46,549 bases of DNA from an uncultured Flavobacteriaceae bacterium (GTDB lineage: Bacteria; Bacteroidota; Bacteroidia; Flavobacteriales; Flavobacteriaceae), in the NCBI GenBank assembly GCA_913020685.1, contig CAJWAY010000001.1, positions 1 to 46,549 on the forward strand, given 5' to 3'. Both the position numbers and the translations under genes were made by a program. The notes beneath the pieces were generated by a model. It was not told the DNA's origin, made no database searches, and was given only the letters and a program-made list of their open reading frames with translations. Below are positions 36,655 to 45,639 of the stretch, piece by piece (position 1 is the stretch's first letter; every line of letters starts with the position of its first letter).

Positions 36655-37032
36655 ATGAAGCATCTTTTGATTGTATTTATTGGAGGAGGTTTAGGGACAG
36701 TAGCGCGTTTTCTTGTAGGTAAATTTTTACCCTACTCTGGTAAAGGATTTCCATGGAATACTTTTTGTGCAAATTTGTTGGGTTGTCTATTTATTGGGTT
36801 TTTAATAGGATATTTTCATAGAAATAGCAATGAAAACGAATCTTCACTAGTTCTATTTGCCACAGTAGGCTTTTGTGGAGGATTCACAACCTTTTCTTCT
36901 TTTGCTAACGAAAACTTATCATTTATTAAATCAGGGGATTACAACATGTTACTAGTTTACAGTATGTTGAGTTTAATAATGGGAATCCTTATGGTTTACA
37001 CTGGAATTTTGATCAATAAGTTTATTCACTGA
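36655..37032 (+). CDS. crcB: fluoride channel CrcB/Fluc
   Basis: 125 aa, four TM helices, with blocks GGGLGTVARF and GFCGGFTTFSSF. Confidence 0.9.
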   Translation: MKHLLIVFIGGGLGTVARFLVGKFLPYSGKGFPWNTFCANLLGCLFIGFLIGYFHRNSNENESSLVLFATVGFCGGFTTFSSFANENLSFIKSGDYNMLLVYSMLSLIMGILMVYTGILINKFIH

Positions 37033-37072
37033 TTTTTTACATATTTCTTAAAATAAGATTAAAAAATTATTA

Positions 37073-37095
37073 TACCCCTATTATTTTAGGGGGTA
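37073..37095 (+). terminator. hairpin after crcB (terminator candidate without U-tract)
   Basis: TACCCCTA-TTATTT-TAGGGGGTA: an 8-bp stem 40 nt after the crcB stop. Confidence 0.5.
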
Positions 37096-37193
37096 GATTG
37101 ACCAATATAATAAAAATAGGTTTTTGACCCCCAATTTTTTAACAGTAAGAATTCTTATTACATAGTTTAGCTGAAAATTTATAATGACAAACT

Positions 37194-38474
37194 ATGTTAA
37201 ATCTTTCACTAATTAATTCGACAACAGCTGTTGAAGTCAATGATGACTTCACAATGCTATGGATCCTTTTGTCGGGGATTCTAGTTTTTTTCATGCAAGC
37301 AGGGTTCACTTTGGTGGAGTCTGGGTTTACTCGTTCTAAAAATGCGGTAAATATTTCCATGAAGAACATTTTAGACATTTCGGTAGGAACTCTTTCTTAT
37401 TGGGCTATAGGTTATGGTTTGATGTACGGAGCATCAAATGGATGGATCGCAACTTCAGACATTTTCTTCAATCCTGGAGATGGGCCCCATGATGTGTTTT
37501 TCCAGACCGTTTTCTGCGCCACTGCAGCAACAATTGTGTCTGGTGCAATTGCGGGTAGAACAAAATATACTACCTATGTGTTTTTTACAATTTTCTTAAC
37601 AGCAATAATCTACCCAATTTCAGGTGGATGGCAATGGAACGGTGATGGTTGGTTGGCAAATTTAGGCTTCATCGACTTTGCTGGTTCCTCAATTGTTCAT
37701 TCTGTAGGTGGCTGGGCAGCGCTCGTAGGTGCATGGATGGTCGGTCCCAGATTGGGTAAGTATGTTGATGGTAAATCCAATGTTATTCCAGGTCACAATT
37801 TATTACTAGGTGCACTTGGTGTATTCATTCTATGGTTAGGATGGTTTGGTTTTAATGGTGGTTCGCAATTAGCTTGGGGAGGTGACGACTCTGCAGCTGC
37901 ATCTGCTGTAGTTATGGTTACAAATATAGCTGCGGCTGCAGGGGCTGTAGGTGCAATGGCTACCACATGGATTAAAGATGGAAAACCAAATTTAGGAATG
38001 ACACTTAACGGAGCAATTGCAGGACTAGTTGCCATTACAGCAGGCTGTGGAAATATGACTTTTGGTGGAGGATTTCTTGCTGGATTAATAGGAGGTATAA
38101 TAGTTGTATTCTCCATCGAATTCATTGATAAAGTTCTGAAAATTGATGATGCTGTTGGTGCAGCTTCTGCTCACGGTGTTGTAGGAGCATGGGGTACTCT
38201 TGTTATTGGATTATGGGGCGTTGACGGCGATACTGGAATAGGACTATTCAATGGTGGTGGCGCTAGCCAATTTGGAATCCAAGCTATAGGTGTGCTAGCC
38301 TATGGTGTTTGGGCTACAGTCTCAGCGCTCATTGGTTTTGGAATTCTCAAATCTACCATTGGTCTTCGAGTTTCTGAGGAAGTTGAAATCAAAGGCCTCG
38401 ATGAAGCTGAACATGGAATTGGTGGATTCGAGGGTGGCGGATTCGAAGCTTGGGTAAAAGAAAATACAAAATAA
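37194..38474 (+). CDS. amt: ammonium transporter (Amt/MEP family), paralog 1
   Basis: 426 aa. Blocks FFMQAGFTLVESG, DFAGSSIVHSVGGWAAL, ILWLGWFGFNGGS and AHGVVGAWGTL. Confidence 0.95.
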   Translation: MLNLSLINSTTAVEVNDDFTMLWILLSGILVFFMQAGFTLVESGFTRSKNAVNISMKNILDISVGTLSYWAIGYGLMYGASNGWIATSDIFFNPGDGPHDVFFQTVFCATAATIVSGAIAGRTKYTTYVFFTIFLTAIIYPISGGWQWNGDGWLANLGFIDFAGSSIVHSVGGWAALVGAWMVGPRLGKYVDGKSNVIPGHNLLLGALGVFILWLGWFGFNGGSQLAWGGDDSAAASAVVMVTNIAAAAGAVGAMATTWIKDGKPNLGMTLNGAIAGLVAITAGCGNMTFGGGFLAGLIGGIIVVFSIEFIDKVLKIDDAVGAASAHGVVGAWGTLVIGLWGVDGDTGIGLFNGGGASQFGIQAIGVLAYGVWATVSALIGFGILKSTIGLRVSEEVEIKGLDEAEHGIGGFEGGGFEAWVKENTK

Positions 38475-38511
38475 TACTAACACAAACACTAATTTATTAA
38501 ACACTATAATT

Positions 38512-39567
38512 ATGAATTTCATTAAAAAAACTTTTTTAACAACATTAACTGTAATGTTTAGCTTCATTCTATTTGCTCAAGAAGAGGAATCTGCTCCAGA
38601 GCCAACTTTTGGTGTCAGTGGCTCTATTGATACTTATTATAGAAGCAATGAATTTACTCCTGGTACATCATTTGCCAATCTAAACGGATTTGCAATGGGT
38701 ATGGCAAACATTATAATGTCATACGAAGGGGAAAAATCCGGTTTTGTTGCTGACCTTGTTTTCGGTCCTAGAGGAGCCGATGCAGTTTTTGCCTCTCCAC
38801 AATTGGCTCCAGACGGGGATGGGTTTTACAGAAGCTCTAACATGGTAAACCAACTCTACGCTTACTACAACGTTAGCGACTCTTTCACCCTCACCATGGG
38901 TAATTTCAACACATTTCTTGGTTATGAAGTAATTTCGCCTGTAGCTAATTTTAACTATACTACCTCTTACATGTTCTCTTATGGGCCCTTTTCCCACAGT
39001 GGTATAAAAGCTGACATTGCTGCTGGAGAAAATACTTCGATAATGCTAGGTATATTCAATCAAACAGATGATACAGAATTCCAGAAAACTAAACATTTAG
39101 GATTTGATAACGATATGAAATACATGTTTGGTGCGCAATTAGGCATTTTTGGTCAATACATCAACTATCTGGGTGGTGGAACTTTTGGTGTAAGTCAAAT
39201 TGACTTTACCGGTGGCTTCAACCTTGGCGATAGTTTCTTTCTTGGAATCAACGCAACTAGCTATAGTGACGATGACAATGTTGAATTCTCTGGTGTAGCA
39301 TTATACCCTCAGTACACTTTTTCTGACACTTTTGCCCTTGGAGCTCGATTCGAGGCCTTTTCTGAAGACGGGTTAGGAGCTATTGGAGATATTTCTGGAG
39401 ATGGAGACAATACATCTTTTACTATTACTGGAAGCTACACCTCTGGAAACTTTATTTTTAAACCTGAAATAAGAATTGACTCTGCATCGGATAAATTTTA
39501 CACTGATGCTGACGGAGCTACTGATAGCTTGAGCGCCTTTTTAGTAGCCGCAATTTACTCATTCTAA
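38512..39567 (+). CDS. outer-membrane beta-barrel porin-like protein
   Basis: Signal peptide MNFIKKTFLTTLTVMFSFILFAQ. Shows alternating hydrophobic/polar strands with G/Y/F/D-rich turns and the C-terminal aromatic signature ...AAIYSF. Confidence 0.7.
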   Translation: MNFIKKTFLTTLTVMFSFILFAQEEESAPEPTFGVSGSIDTYYRSNEFTPGTSFANLNGFAMGMANIIMSYEGEKSGFVADLVFGPRGADAVFASPQLAPDGDGFYRSSNMVNQLYAYYNVSDSFTLTMGNFNTFLGYEVISPVANFNYTTSYMFSYGPFSHSGIKADIAAGENTSIMLGIFNQTDDTEFQKTKHLGFDNDMKYMFGAQLGIFGQYINYLGGGTFGVSQIDFTGGFNLGDSFFLGINATSYSDDDNVEFSGVALYPQYTFSDTFALGARFEAFSEDGLGAIGDISGDGDNTSFTITGSYTSGNFIFKPEIRIDSASDKFYTDADGATDSLSAFLVAAIYSF

Positions 39568-39606
39568 TAAATGATGTTGTAAAAATTTTATTTCACTAAA
39601 TCATAA

Positions 39607-39643
39607 GATTTACCCCCTAATGTTAAGCCTTGGGGGGTAAATC
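39607..39643 (+). terminator. strong hairpin terminator after the porin gene
   Basis: GATTTACCCCC...GGGGGGTAAATC: an 11-12 bp stem 40 nt after the stop, followed by a T-rich stretch. Confidence 0.65.
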
Positions 39644-39766
39644 ATATTAGTTTTAGATTCAGAAATAATGAATCAATAAAAGAATTGGATTAATCAAAAA
39701 TTTAAATCTCTTTCATAAAACATTCCAAAAACGTTTTCAAAAACAATTATTTTAATTATTCAAAAC

Positions 39767-40105
39767 ATGAAAAAAATCGAAGCAATCATTAGAAAATCAA
39801 AATTTGATGATGTAAAAGAAGCACTTCATAAAGTAGAAGTGAATTTCTTCAGTTACTGGGATGTAACTGGGGTAGGAAATGAAAAAGAAGGTCATGTCTA
39901 TCGTGGAATCACTTATAGTACTTCTGAAATTCAAAGAAGATATCTATCTATTGTAGTATCAGAATCTTTTGTAGAAAAAACAATAAACGCTATCATTTCA
40001 ACTGCTGCGACCAATAAAGTGGGAGATGGAAAAATATTCATTTTACCCGTTGAAGAAGCATACAGAATCAGAACTGGAGAAAAAGGAAACGAATCATTAA
40101 ACTAA
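39767..40105 (+). CDS. glnK: P-II family nitrogen regulator (GlnK-like, divergent)
   Basis: 112 aa. Blocks MKKIEAIIR..KFDDVKEAL, T-loop ...GHVYRGITY, and GDGKIFILPVEEAYRIRTGE. It sits 13 nt upstream of an amt gene. Confidence 0.85.
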   Translation: MKKIEAIIRKSKFDDVKEALHKVEVNFFSYWDVTGVGNEKEGHVYRGITYSTSEIQRRYLSIVVSESFVEKTINAIISTAATNKVGDGKIFILPVEEAYRIRTGEKGNESLN

Positions 40106-40118
40106 CACACAAATAATT

Positions 40119-41357
40119 ATGGAAACTACAATTTTAACTGTTAACAATGTATGGATGATGGTCTGTACAGCCCTAGTATTTTTTATGCACTTGGGATTCT
40201 CTTTTTTGGAAATTGGACTGACCCGCCAAAAAAATACCATCAATATATTATTTAAAAACTTTTTTGTAATAACCGTTGGTCTTCTATTGTATTGTATTGG
40301 TGGATTTAACCTTATGTATCCCGGGTTTGAAGATGGGGAAATTGGTTTATTCAAATTCGCAGGTTTTGGAATATCTGCTCCAGAGGGAGGAATGGGATTT
40401 GGATACGCTGACGGTGGTTACACTTGGTGGACAGATTTTCTTTTCCAAGGCATGTTTGCCGCTACTGCAGCGACAATTGTTTCCGGAGCAGTTGCTGAGC
40501 GTATCAAATTATCTGGATTTATGCTATTTGCGATACTATACGTTGGAATTGTATACCCCATTGTTGGAGCCTGGAAATGGGGTGGTGGATTCCTAGACGC
40601 ATGGGGGTTCTATGATTTTGCTGGCTCTACATTGGTCCACTCTGTTGGGGGATGGGGTGCTTTAATTACTATCTATCTTTTAGGAGCCAGAATTGGTAAA
40701 TTTGACAAAGACGGAAAACCAAAAGCCTTACCTGGTCATAATTTACCAATTGCATCTGCTGGTGTTTTCATCCTTTGGTTGGGATGGTTTGGATTTAACG
40801 GAGGTTCGGTACTGTCAGCTGACCCGGAATTGACTTCATTGACTCTTGTGACCACCTCACTTGCTGCAGCTGCTGGGGGTGTTGCCGCTGCTTTCTTTTC
40901 TAACTTATTATATAAAAATTTTGATTTGACCATGTTTATGAACGGGGTTTTGGGAGGATTAGTTGGAATTACCGCAGGTGCAGACCAAATGAGTCCAACT
41001 GATGCCATTGTTATTGGATTATTCGCTGGGATCATTGTAGTTTTGGGCATTGCTTTGATTGACAAGCTTAAATTAGACGATCCTGTTGGTGCTGTTGCAG
41101 TTCACTTGATCTGTGGTATATGGGGAACCCTAGCCGTTGGAATCTTTGGAGCTATGTCAGGAATTGATCAATTTTTAACTCAATTGATTGGTGTTGGAAT
41201 TGTCGGTGCTTTCTGTGTAGCCACATCTTTCATTATCCTGTTTATTGTCAAATCAACCACTGGATTGAGAGTCAATAAGGATGAGGAAATAAACGGTCTC
41301 GATCTTTCAGAACATGGAATGGAAGCATATGCTGACTTTAGAATCAACGAAGGCTAA
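40119..41357 (+). CDS. amtB: ammonium transporter (Amt/MEP family), paralog 2
   Basis: 412 aa. Blocks FFMHLGFSFLEIG, DFAGSTLVHSVGGWGAL, ILWLGWFGFNGGS and VHLICGIWGTL. Confidence 0.95.
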   Translation: METTILTVNNVWMMVCTALVFFMHLGFSFLEIGLTRQKNTINILFKNFFVITVGLLLYCIGGFNLMYPGFEDGEIGLFKFAGFGISAPEGGMGFGYADGGYTWWTDFLFQGMFAATAATIVSGAVAERIKLSGFMLFAILYVGIVYPIVGAWKWGGGFLDAWGFYDFAGSTLVHSVGGWGALITIYLLGARIGKFDKDGKPKALPGHNLPIASAGVFILWLGWFGFNGGSVLSADPELTSLTLVTTSLAAAAGGVAAAFFSNLLYKNFDLTMFMNGVLGGLVGITAGADQMSPTDAIVIGLFAGIIVVLGIALIDKLKLDDPVGAVAVHLICGIWGTLAVGIFGAMSGIDQFLTQLIGVGIVGAFCVATSFIILFIVKSTTGLRVNKDEEINGLDLSEHGMEAYADFRINEG

Positions 41358-41380
41358 TCTAATTCTATTACTAATATGAG

Positions 41381-41408
41381 AAAGCCTCCACTAATGGAGG
41401 CTTTTTTC
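41381..41408 (+). terminator. rho-independent terminator after amt paralog 2
   Basis: AAAGCCTCC-ACTAAT-GGAGGCTTT running into a T6 tract: a perfect 9-bp stem. Confidence 0.85.
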
Positions 41409-41436
41409 TTTGATCCAATTAAATCATTAGAATCTA

Positions 41437-41466
41437 TTGCCCTAAGCAGGCGAATTCCTATTTTTG
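41437..41466 (+). promoter_or_regulatory. sigma-A promoter of purU
   Basis: TTG (41437-41439), exactly 19 nt of spacer, then TATTTTTG (41459-41466). The ATG at 41478 follows 11 nt later, implying a very short leader. Confidence 0.6.
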
Positions 41467-41477
41467 AAAAAAAAAAA

Positions 41478-42332
41478 ATGAATCAAATCACTTTGTTAAT
41501 GTATTGCTCTGACCAGAAAGGAATCATTGCTGCAGTGACGAACTTCATACATCAAAGTCAAGGAAATATTACCTATATCGACCAATACGTTGACAGGCCC
41601 AATGCCGCATTTTTTATGCGCGTAGAATGTGACTTCAATGGAGATGATTTCATCTTCCAAGGTTTTAAGGATGAATTTCACAGAGACTTAGGGAAGCGTT
41701 TCTCCCTTCATTGTAATTTTTATCTAAAAAATCAAAAACCAAAGATGGCCGTTTTTGTCTCCAAATACGACCATTGTCTATACGATATACTTGCTAAACA
41801 ACAATCAGGAGAGTTGTCTGCAGAGATTCCTTTTATTTTAAGTAACCACCCTAATCTTGAAATCATCGCCAAACGCTTTGATATTCCATTTTACAACATT
41901 CCTATCAACAAAGAAAATAAGCATGAAGCAGAAGCAAAACAATTGACATTACTCAAAGAGCATCAGGTAGATTTTATAGTTTTGGCCCGTTACATGCAAA
42001 TTATTTCTCCTACATTGATAGACCAATACACAAATAAAATCATCAATATTCACCATTCTTTCTTACCAGCTTTTCCGGGTGCAAAACCCTATCACTCGGC
42101 CTTTGAACGTGGTGTAAAGATTATTGGAGCAACCAGTCATTATGTAACCGATGAGCTGGATGCAGGACCCATCATAGAGCAAGATATTGCTCGGGTCACT
42201 CACTTAAACTCTATTGAAGATTTTATTGAAAAAGGAAGAGACTTGGAGCGAATCGTACTGCTTCGTGCTCTTAAATTACATGTCAATCGAAAAGTAATGG
42301 TCTATGGAAACAAGACTGTGGTCTTTTCTTAA
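41478..42332 (+). CDS. purU: formyltetrahydrofolate deformylase
   Basis: N-terminal ACT domain (LLMYCSDQKGIIAAVTNFI) plus a formyltransferase domain with INIHHSFLPAFPGAKPY. Start moved from 41376 to the ATG at 41478, because the extension contains the terminator and promoter above. Confidence 0.9.
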   Translation: MNQITLLMYCSDQKGIIAAVTNFIHQSQGNITYIDQYVDRPNAAFFMRVECDFNGDDFIFQGFKDEFHRDLGKRFSLHCNFYLKNQKPKMAVFVSKYDHCLYDILAKQQSGELSAEIPFILSNHPNLEIIAKRFDIPFYNIPINKENKHEAEAKQLTLLKEHQVDFIVLARYMQIISPTLIDQYTNKIINIHHSFLPAFPGAKPYHSAFERGVKIIGATSHYVTDELDAGPIIEQDIARVTHLNSIEDFIEKGRDLERIVLLRALKLHVNRKVMVYGNKTVVFS

Positions 42333-43117
42333 TCATTGCGTTCTAAAAACATAAGCATTCCATCGTTAAAATTTTTAGGTTTTTCCACATTTACTACATG
42401 ACCACATTTTTGCAAAACCAATAACTGAGAAAAAGGATCACTTTCGGTGGCCTTTCGGACAGATGGAAGAAACATATAATCCTGATCACCCATGATATAA
42501 AGAGTGGGGATATCCACAGCAACTTTTCTAAAGATCCTTAACTTAGGTATGATTTCTGAAGTAAGTTTAAACCATCTTATAAATTCTTTTTGATAAAGTT
42601 TTTTGGCTTCGCGAATAAATAAGATACGAGACTCCTTGTGGTTTCTATTAGGCATAATTATAAAAGCAAAAAAACGATACAACCACATATATGGTAGAAC
42701 AGATTTTGTGGCATTGCCGAAGTACATTAGAATTCTTGATCTCAAATTTAACTCCAATACCGCACCTCCCATAATCATTTTCTTTACACGTTCAGGCTGC
42801 ATCTCGGCCACCTGTCTTATAAGAACCGTACCAAGAGAAATACCTACAAAATGAGACTTCACTATTTTAAGATGATCCAATACTTCAAAAATATCCTCTG
42901 CTATAGACTCAAAGGAATACTTTGATTTAAAAGGGTTATGGATCAAATCTTTAGAAGCACCATGACCTTGCAAATCGATGAGTAAAAGATTAAAGTTTTT
43001 TGAAAAAAATCTAATTTGCTTAAACCAAATAGCACTGCTCCCCCCCGCCCCATGAATAAAAGTTATCCAACTTGCATTTTCTTTTTTTGCTTTATATATA
43101 CTGTGATGCAACATCAT
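42329..43117 (-). CDS. alpha/beta-fold hydrolase
   Basis: 262 aa. HGAGGS oxyanion region, nucleophile elbow GISLG, and a C-terminal His in CGHVVN. Confidence 0.75.
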   Translation of the reverse strand: MMLHHSIYKAKKENASWITFIHGAGGSSAIWFKQIRFFSKNFNLLLIDLQGHGASKDLIHNPFKSKYSFESIAEDIFEVLDHLKIVKSHFVGISLGTVLIRQVAEMQPERVKKMIMGGAVLELNLRSRILMYFGNATKSVLPYMWLYRFFAFIIMPNRNHKESRILFIREAKKLYQKEFIRWFKLTSEIIPKLRIFRKVAVDIPTLYIMGDQDYMFLPSVRKATESDPFSQLLVLQKCGHVVNVEKPKNFNDGMLMFLERND

Positions 43118-43941
43118 AAAACACCTTTTTTCTCAAGGTAAAAAGCCATTTGTTCCTGTAAATCTTTGGCAACATTAGCGGCTACTTGATCAAAATCACT
43201 CCCTGTTGAAGCGTATATTATTCCTCTTGATGAATTGACCAGTAAACCACAAGTGTCATTCAGACCATTAACTGAAACCTCCTCCAAACTCCCTCCCTGT
43301 GCTCCTACACCTGGGATCAATAATGTAGAATCGGGAATCAATTTTCTAATTTTTTTAAGTGTTTTTGACTTATTAGCTCCTACCACATACATCAGTCGAT
43401 CTGCATTTTTCCATTTTTTTGACTGCTCAATCACCCGCTCATATAGGGATTTTCCCTCTGCATTAAGTAATTGAAAATCTGAGGCTCCTTCATTGGAAGT
43501 CAAAATCAATAATATGGCATACTTTCCTTTATATTCTAAAAAAGGCTCAACGGAATCTTTACCCATGTAGGGAGCAATGGTAACCGAATCAAACTCTAAA
43601 TGTTCGAAAAAAGCCTTGGCATATCGCTTCGAAGTGTTTCCAATATCTGCCCTTTTGGCATCGGCTATGGTAAATATTTCGGGATACTCTTTATTTAAAA
43701 ATCCCATTACTTTTTCAAGAGATTTCCATCCTTCCAATCCATAGGCCTCGAAAAAAGCGATATTCGGTTTATAGGCAACACAATAGGGTGCGGTAGCTGT
43801 AATAATTCTCTTACAAAAATTAAAAATAACATCAGGTTCATCATTCAAATCTAATGGTATTTGATCTTTGTCCACATCCAGACCAACACATAAAAAAGAT
43901 TTTTTACGTTTGATTTCCTTTAGAAGTAGTTCCTGTATCAT
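43114..43941 (-). CDS. pyrF: orotidine-5'-phosphate decarboxylase (long, type 2)
   Basis: 275 aa. Blocks [23 protein letters not shown] and [13 protein letters not shown] overlaps at both ends. Confidence 0.9.
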   Translation of the reverse strand: MIQELLLKEIKRKKSFLCVGLDVDKDQIPLDLNDEPDVIFNFCKRIITATAPYCVAYKPNIAFFEAYGLEGWKSLEKVMGFLNKEYPEIFTIADAKRADIGNTSKRYAKAFFEHLEFDSVTIAPYMGKDSVEPFLEYKGKYAILLILTSNEGASDFQLLNAEGKSLYERVIEQSKKWKNADRLMYVVGANKSKTLKKIRKLIPDSTLLIPGVGAQGGSLEEVSVNGLNDTCGLLVNSSRGIIYASTGSDFDQVAANVAKDLQEQMAFYLEKKGVL

Positions 43942-45014
43942 AGAGTCTCTCCTGCCTCCTTCAGTTTTTGAGTATTTTGATAAAGCTTTAGTTCATCAAC
44001 TAATTTTTGAATATCCCCGTTAATGATATTTTGCAGATCATAAAGGGTCAAACCAATGCGATGATCAGTCACCCTTCCCTGAGGGTAATTATAGGTCCTG
44101 ATTTTTGCAGAGCGGTCTCCAGAGGAAACCAGTGAATTTCTCTTTTCGGCATCTTGTTCCAGTTTTTTTTGGAGTTCTATTTCATACAGTCTTGAACGTA
44201 AAACCTTTAAAGCTTTTTCTTTGTTCTTGTGTTGTGACTTTTGATCTTGACATTGGGCAACAATTCCAGTAGGCTCGTGAGTAAGCCTCACAGCAGAGTA
44301 AGTGGTATTAACAGATTGGCCCCCTGGACCAGAGGAACAAAAATAATCTATCCTTACATCATTCATATTGACCTCTACATCAAACTCCTCGGCCTCTGGT
44401 AAGACCATTACAGTGGCAGCAGATGTATGTACTCTACCCTGCGTCTCTGTTTGAGGAACTCGTTGAACCCTGTGTACCCCAGATTCATATTTCATAGTGC
44501 CATAAACTTCTTCTCCTGAAACTTCAAAAATTACTTCCTTAAATCCCCCAGCAGTGCCTTCATTGGCATCAACAAAACTAACCCTCCATCCCTGATCCTG
44601 GCAATATTTGGTGTACATTCGATATAGATCACCTGCAAAAATACTTGCTTCGTCACCTCCTGTTCCTGCTCGAATTTCAACTACTACACTCCTACCATCA
44701 TCAGGATCTTTTGGTATAAGTAAAAATCTTATTTCTTCCTCCAATTCGGGGAGTTTCTCTTTAGCCTCTTCCAACTGAATTTTTGCCATATCGATCATTT
44801 CAACATCCGACTCCTCTTTGATCATGATCTCCGCCTCTTTCATATTCGCTATAGTAGATTTATAGACTTCTCCCTTTTTAACAATCTTGTTCAAATCCTT
44901 ATATTCTTTGTTTAGTTGAATATATCTTTTTTGATCTGCGATTACATCCGGCTGAATTATTAAATCAGACACCTCAATAAATCTTTGCTCTACAATATCC
45001 AGTTTCTCTATCAT
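43938..45014 (-). CDS. prfA: peptide chain release factor 1
   Basis: GGQ motif (SGPGGQSVN), RF1-type PxT tripeptide (RVPQTE) and GVHRVQRVP. Start set at the ATG at 45014 ([12 protein letters not shown]). Confidence 0.95.
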   Translation of the reverse strand: MIEKLDIVEQRFIEVSDLIIQPDVIADQKRYIQLNKEYKDLNKIVKKGEVYKSTIANMKEAEIMIKEESDVEMIDMAKIQLEEAKEKLPELEEEIRFLLIPKDPDDGRSVVVEIRAGTGGDEASIFAGDLYRMYTKYCQDQGWRVSFVDANEGTAGGFKEVIFEVSGEEVYGTMKYESGVHRVQRVPQTETQGRVHTSAATVMVLPEAEEFDVEVNMNDVRIDYFCSSGPGGQSVNTTYSAVRLTHEPTGIVAQCQDQKSQHKNKEKALKVLRSRLYEIELQKKLEQDAEKRNSLVSSGDRSAKIRTYNYPQGRVTDHRIGLTLYDLQNIINGDIQKLVDELKLYQNTQKLKEAGETL

Positions 45015-45055
45015 TTTGAGTGCAATGAATAGAAACAAATTTAAAGTTTTAAAAA

Positions 45056-45595
45056 CTATCTATCAAGCTTACGATAGTACAACTCAAATTTAATCTCAAT
45101 TTCATCTTCCATTTTTCGGAGCATAAAGGAAGGTAACGGAACTTCAAAATCAGAAAGGGCCAGGTCAAAATTTCCCTTTAATACAAGATTGTTTTCCTCC
45201 AGTATGGCTTCAGCTGTTATATCAGTATTTATTTTAATTCCATGAAAATTCAATTCCCCATCAAATTTCACTTCACTATTTTTATTTTCAATTTCATCTG
45301 AAAAAAATTCAATTTTCGGAAATTGTAAAACATCCAATATTTCCAATGCGTTATTGTCCCTGTTGCTGTTTTTGCTATCAAAATCTCTAACATACATGGC
45401 AATGGCTATTTTTTTAAAAAAATCTTCATTCTTAATCAACAACCCTTTTACATTCTGATTGGTCCCAGACCAATCATGTAAAAAGTGAGATGCCTCGTAG
45501 GTTATAAATGAATTTTTAGAATCCAACATCCATTTTTCCTGTGCCTTAGAGGAACAAAAAAATATAACAAACCAATAAAAGAATATTTTTTTCAT
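45056..45595 (-). CDS. YceI-like periplasmic lipid/polyisoprenoid-binding protein
   Basis: Signal peptide [19 protein letters not shown]. YceI-like blocks (S.I.Y..S........G.......G; [26 protein letters not shown]; G.L.FHGI). Confidence 0.6.
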   Translation of the reverse strand: MKKIFFYWFVIFFCSSKAQEKWMLDSKNSFITYEASHFLHDWSGTNQNVKGLLIKNEDFFKKIAIAMYVRDFDSKNSNRDNNALEILDVLQFPKIEFFSDEIENKNSEVKFDGELNFHGIKINTDITAEAILEENNLVLKGNFDLALSDFEVPLPSFMLRKMEDEIEIKFELYYRKLDR

Positions 45596-45639
45596 TCAAT
45601 TTAATTTTAATTATCTAGCTGTATTTAAATTAACGACTC

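Noticed and set aside
37793-38125. 110-aa antisense ORF inside amt paralog 1 (with a similar 109-aa ORF at 40736-41065 inside paralog 2)
   Set aside because: Both are mirror images of the Gly/Ala-rich Amt core. Their similarity to each other simply reflects the paralogy of the sense genes. The sequences are low-complexity and Pro/Ala-rich, and there are no start-site signals.
41376-41477. ORF-track N-terminal extension of purU (MRKPPLMEAFFF...)
   Set aside because: The extension is made of the amt terminator hairpin (AAAGCCTCC...GGAGGCTTT + T6) and a perfect TTG-N19-TATTTTTG promoter. The conserved ACT domain starts at the ATG at 41478.
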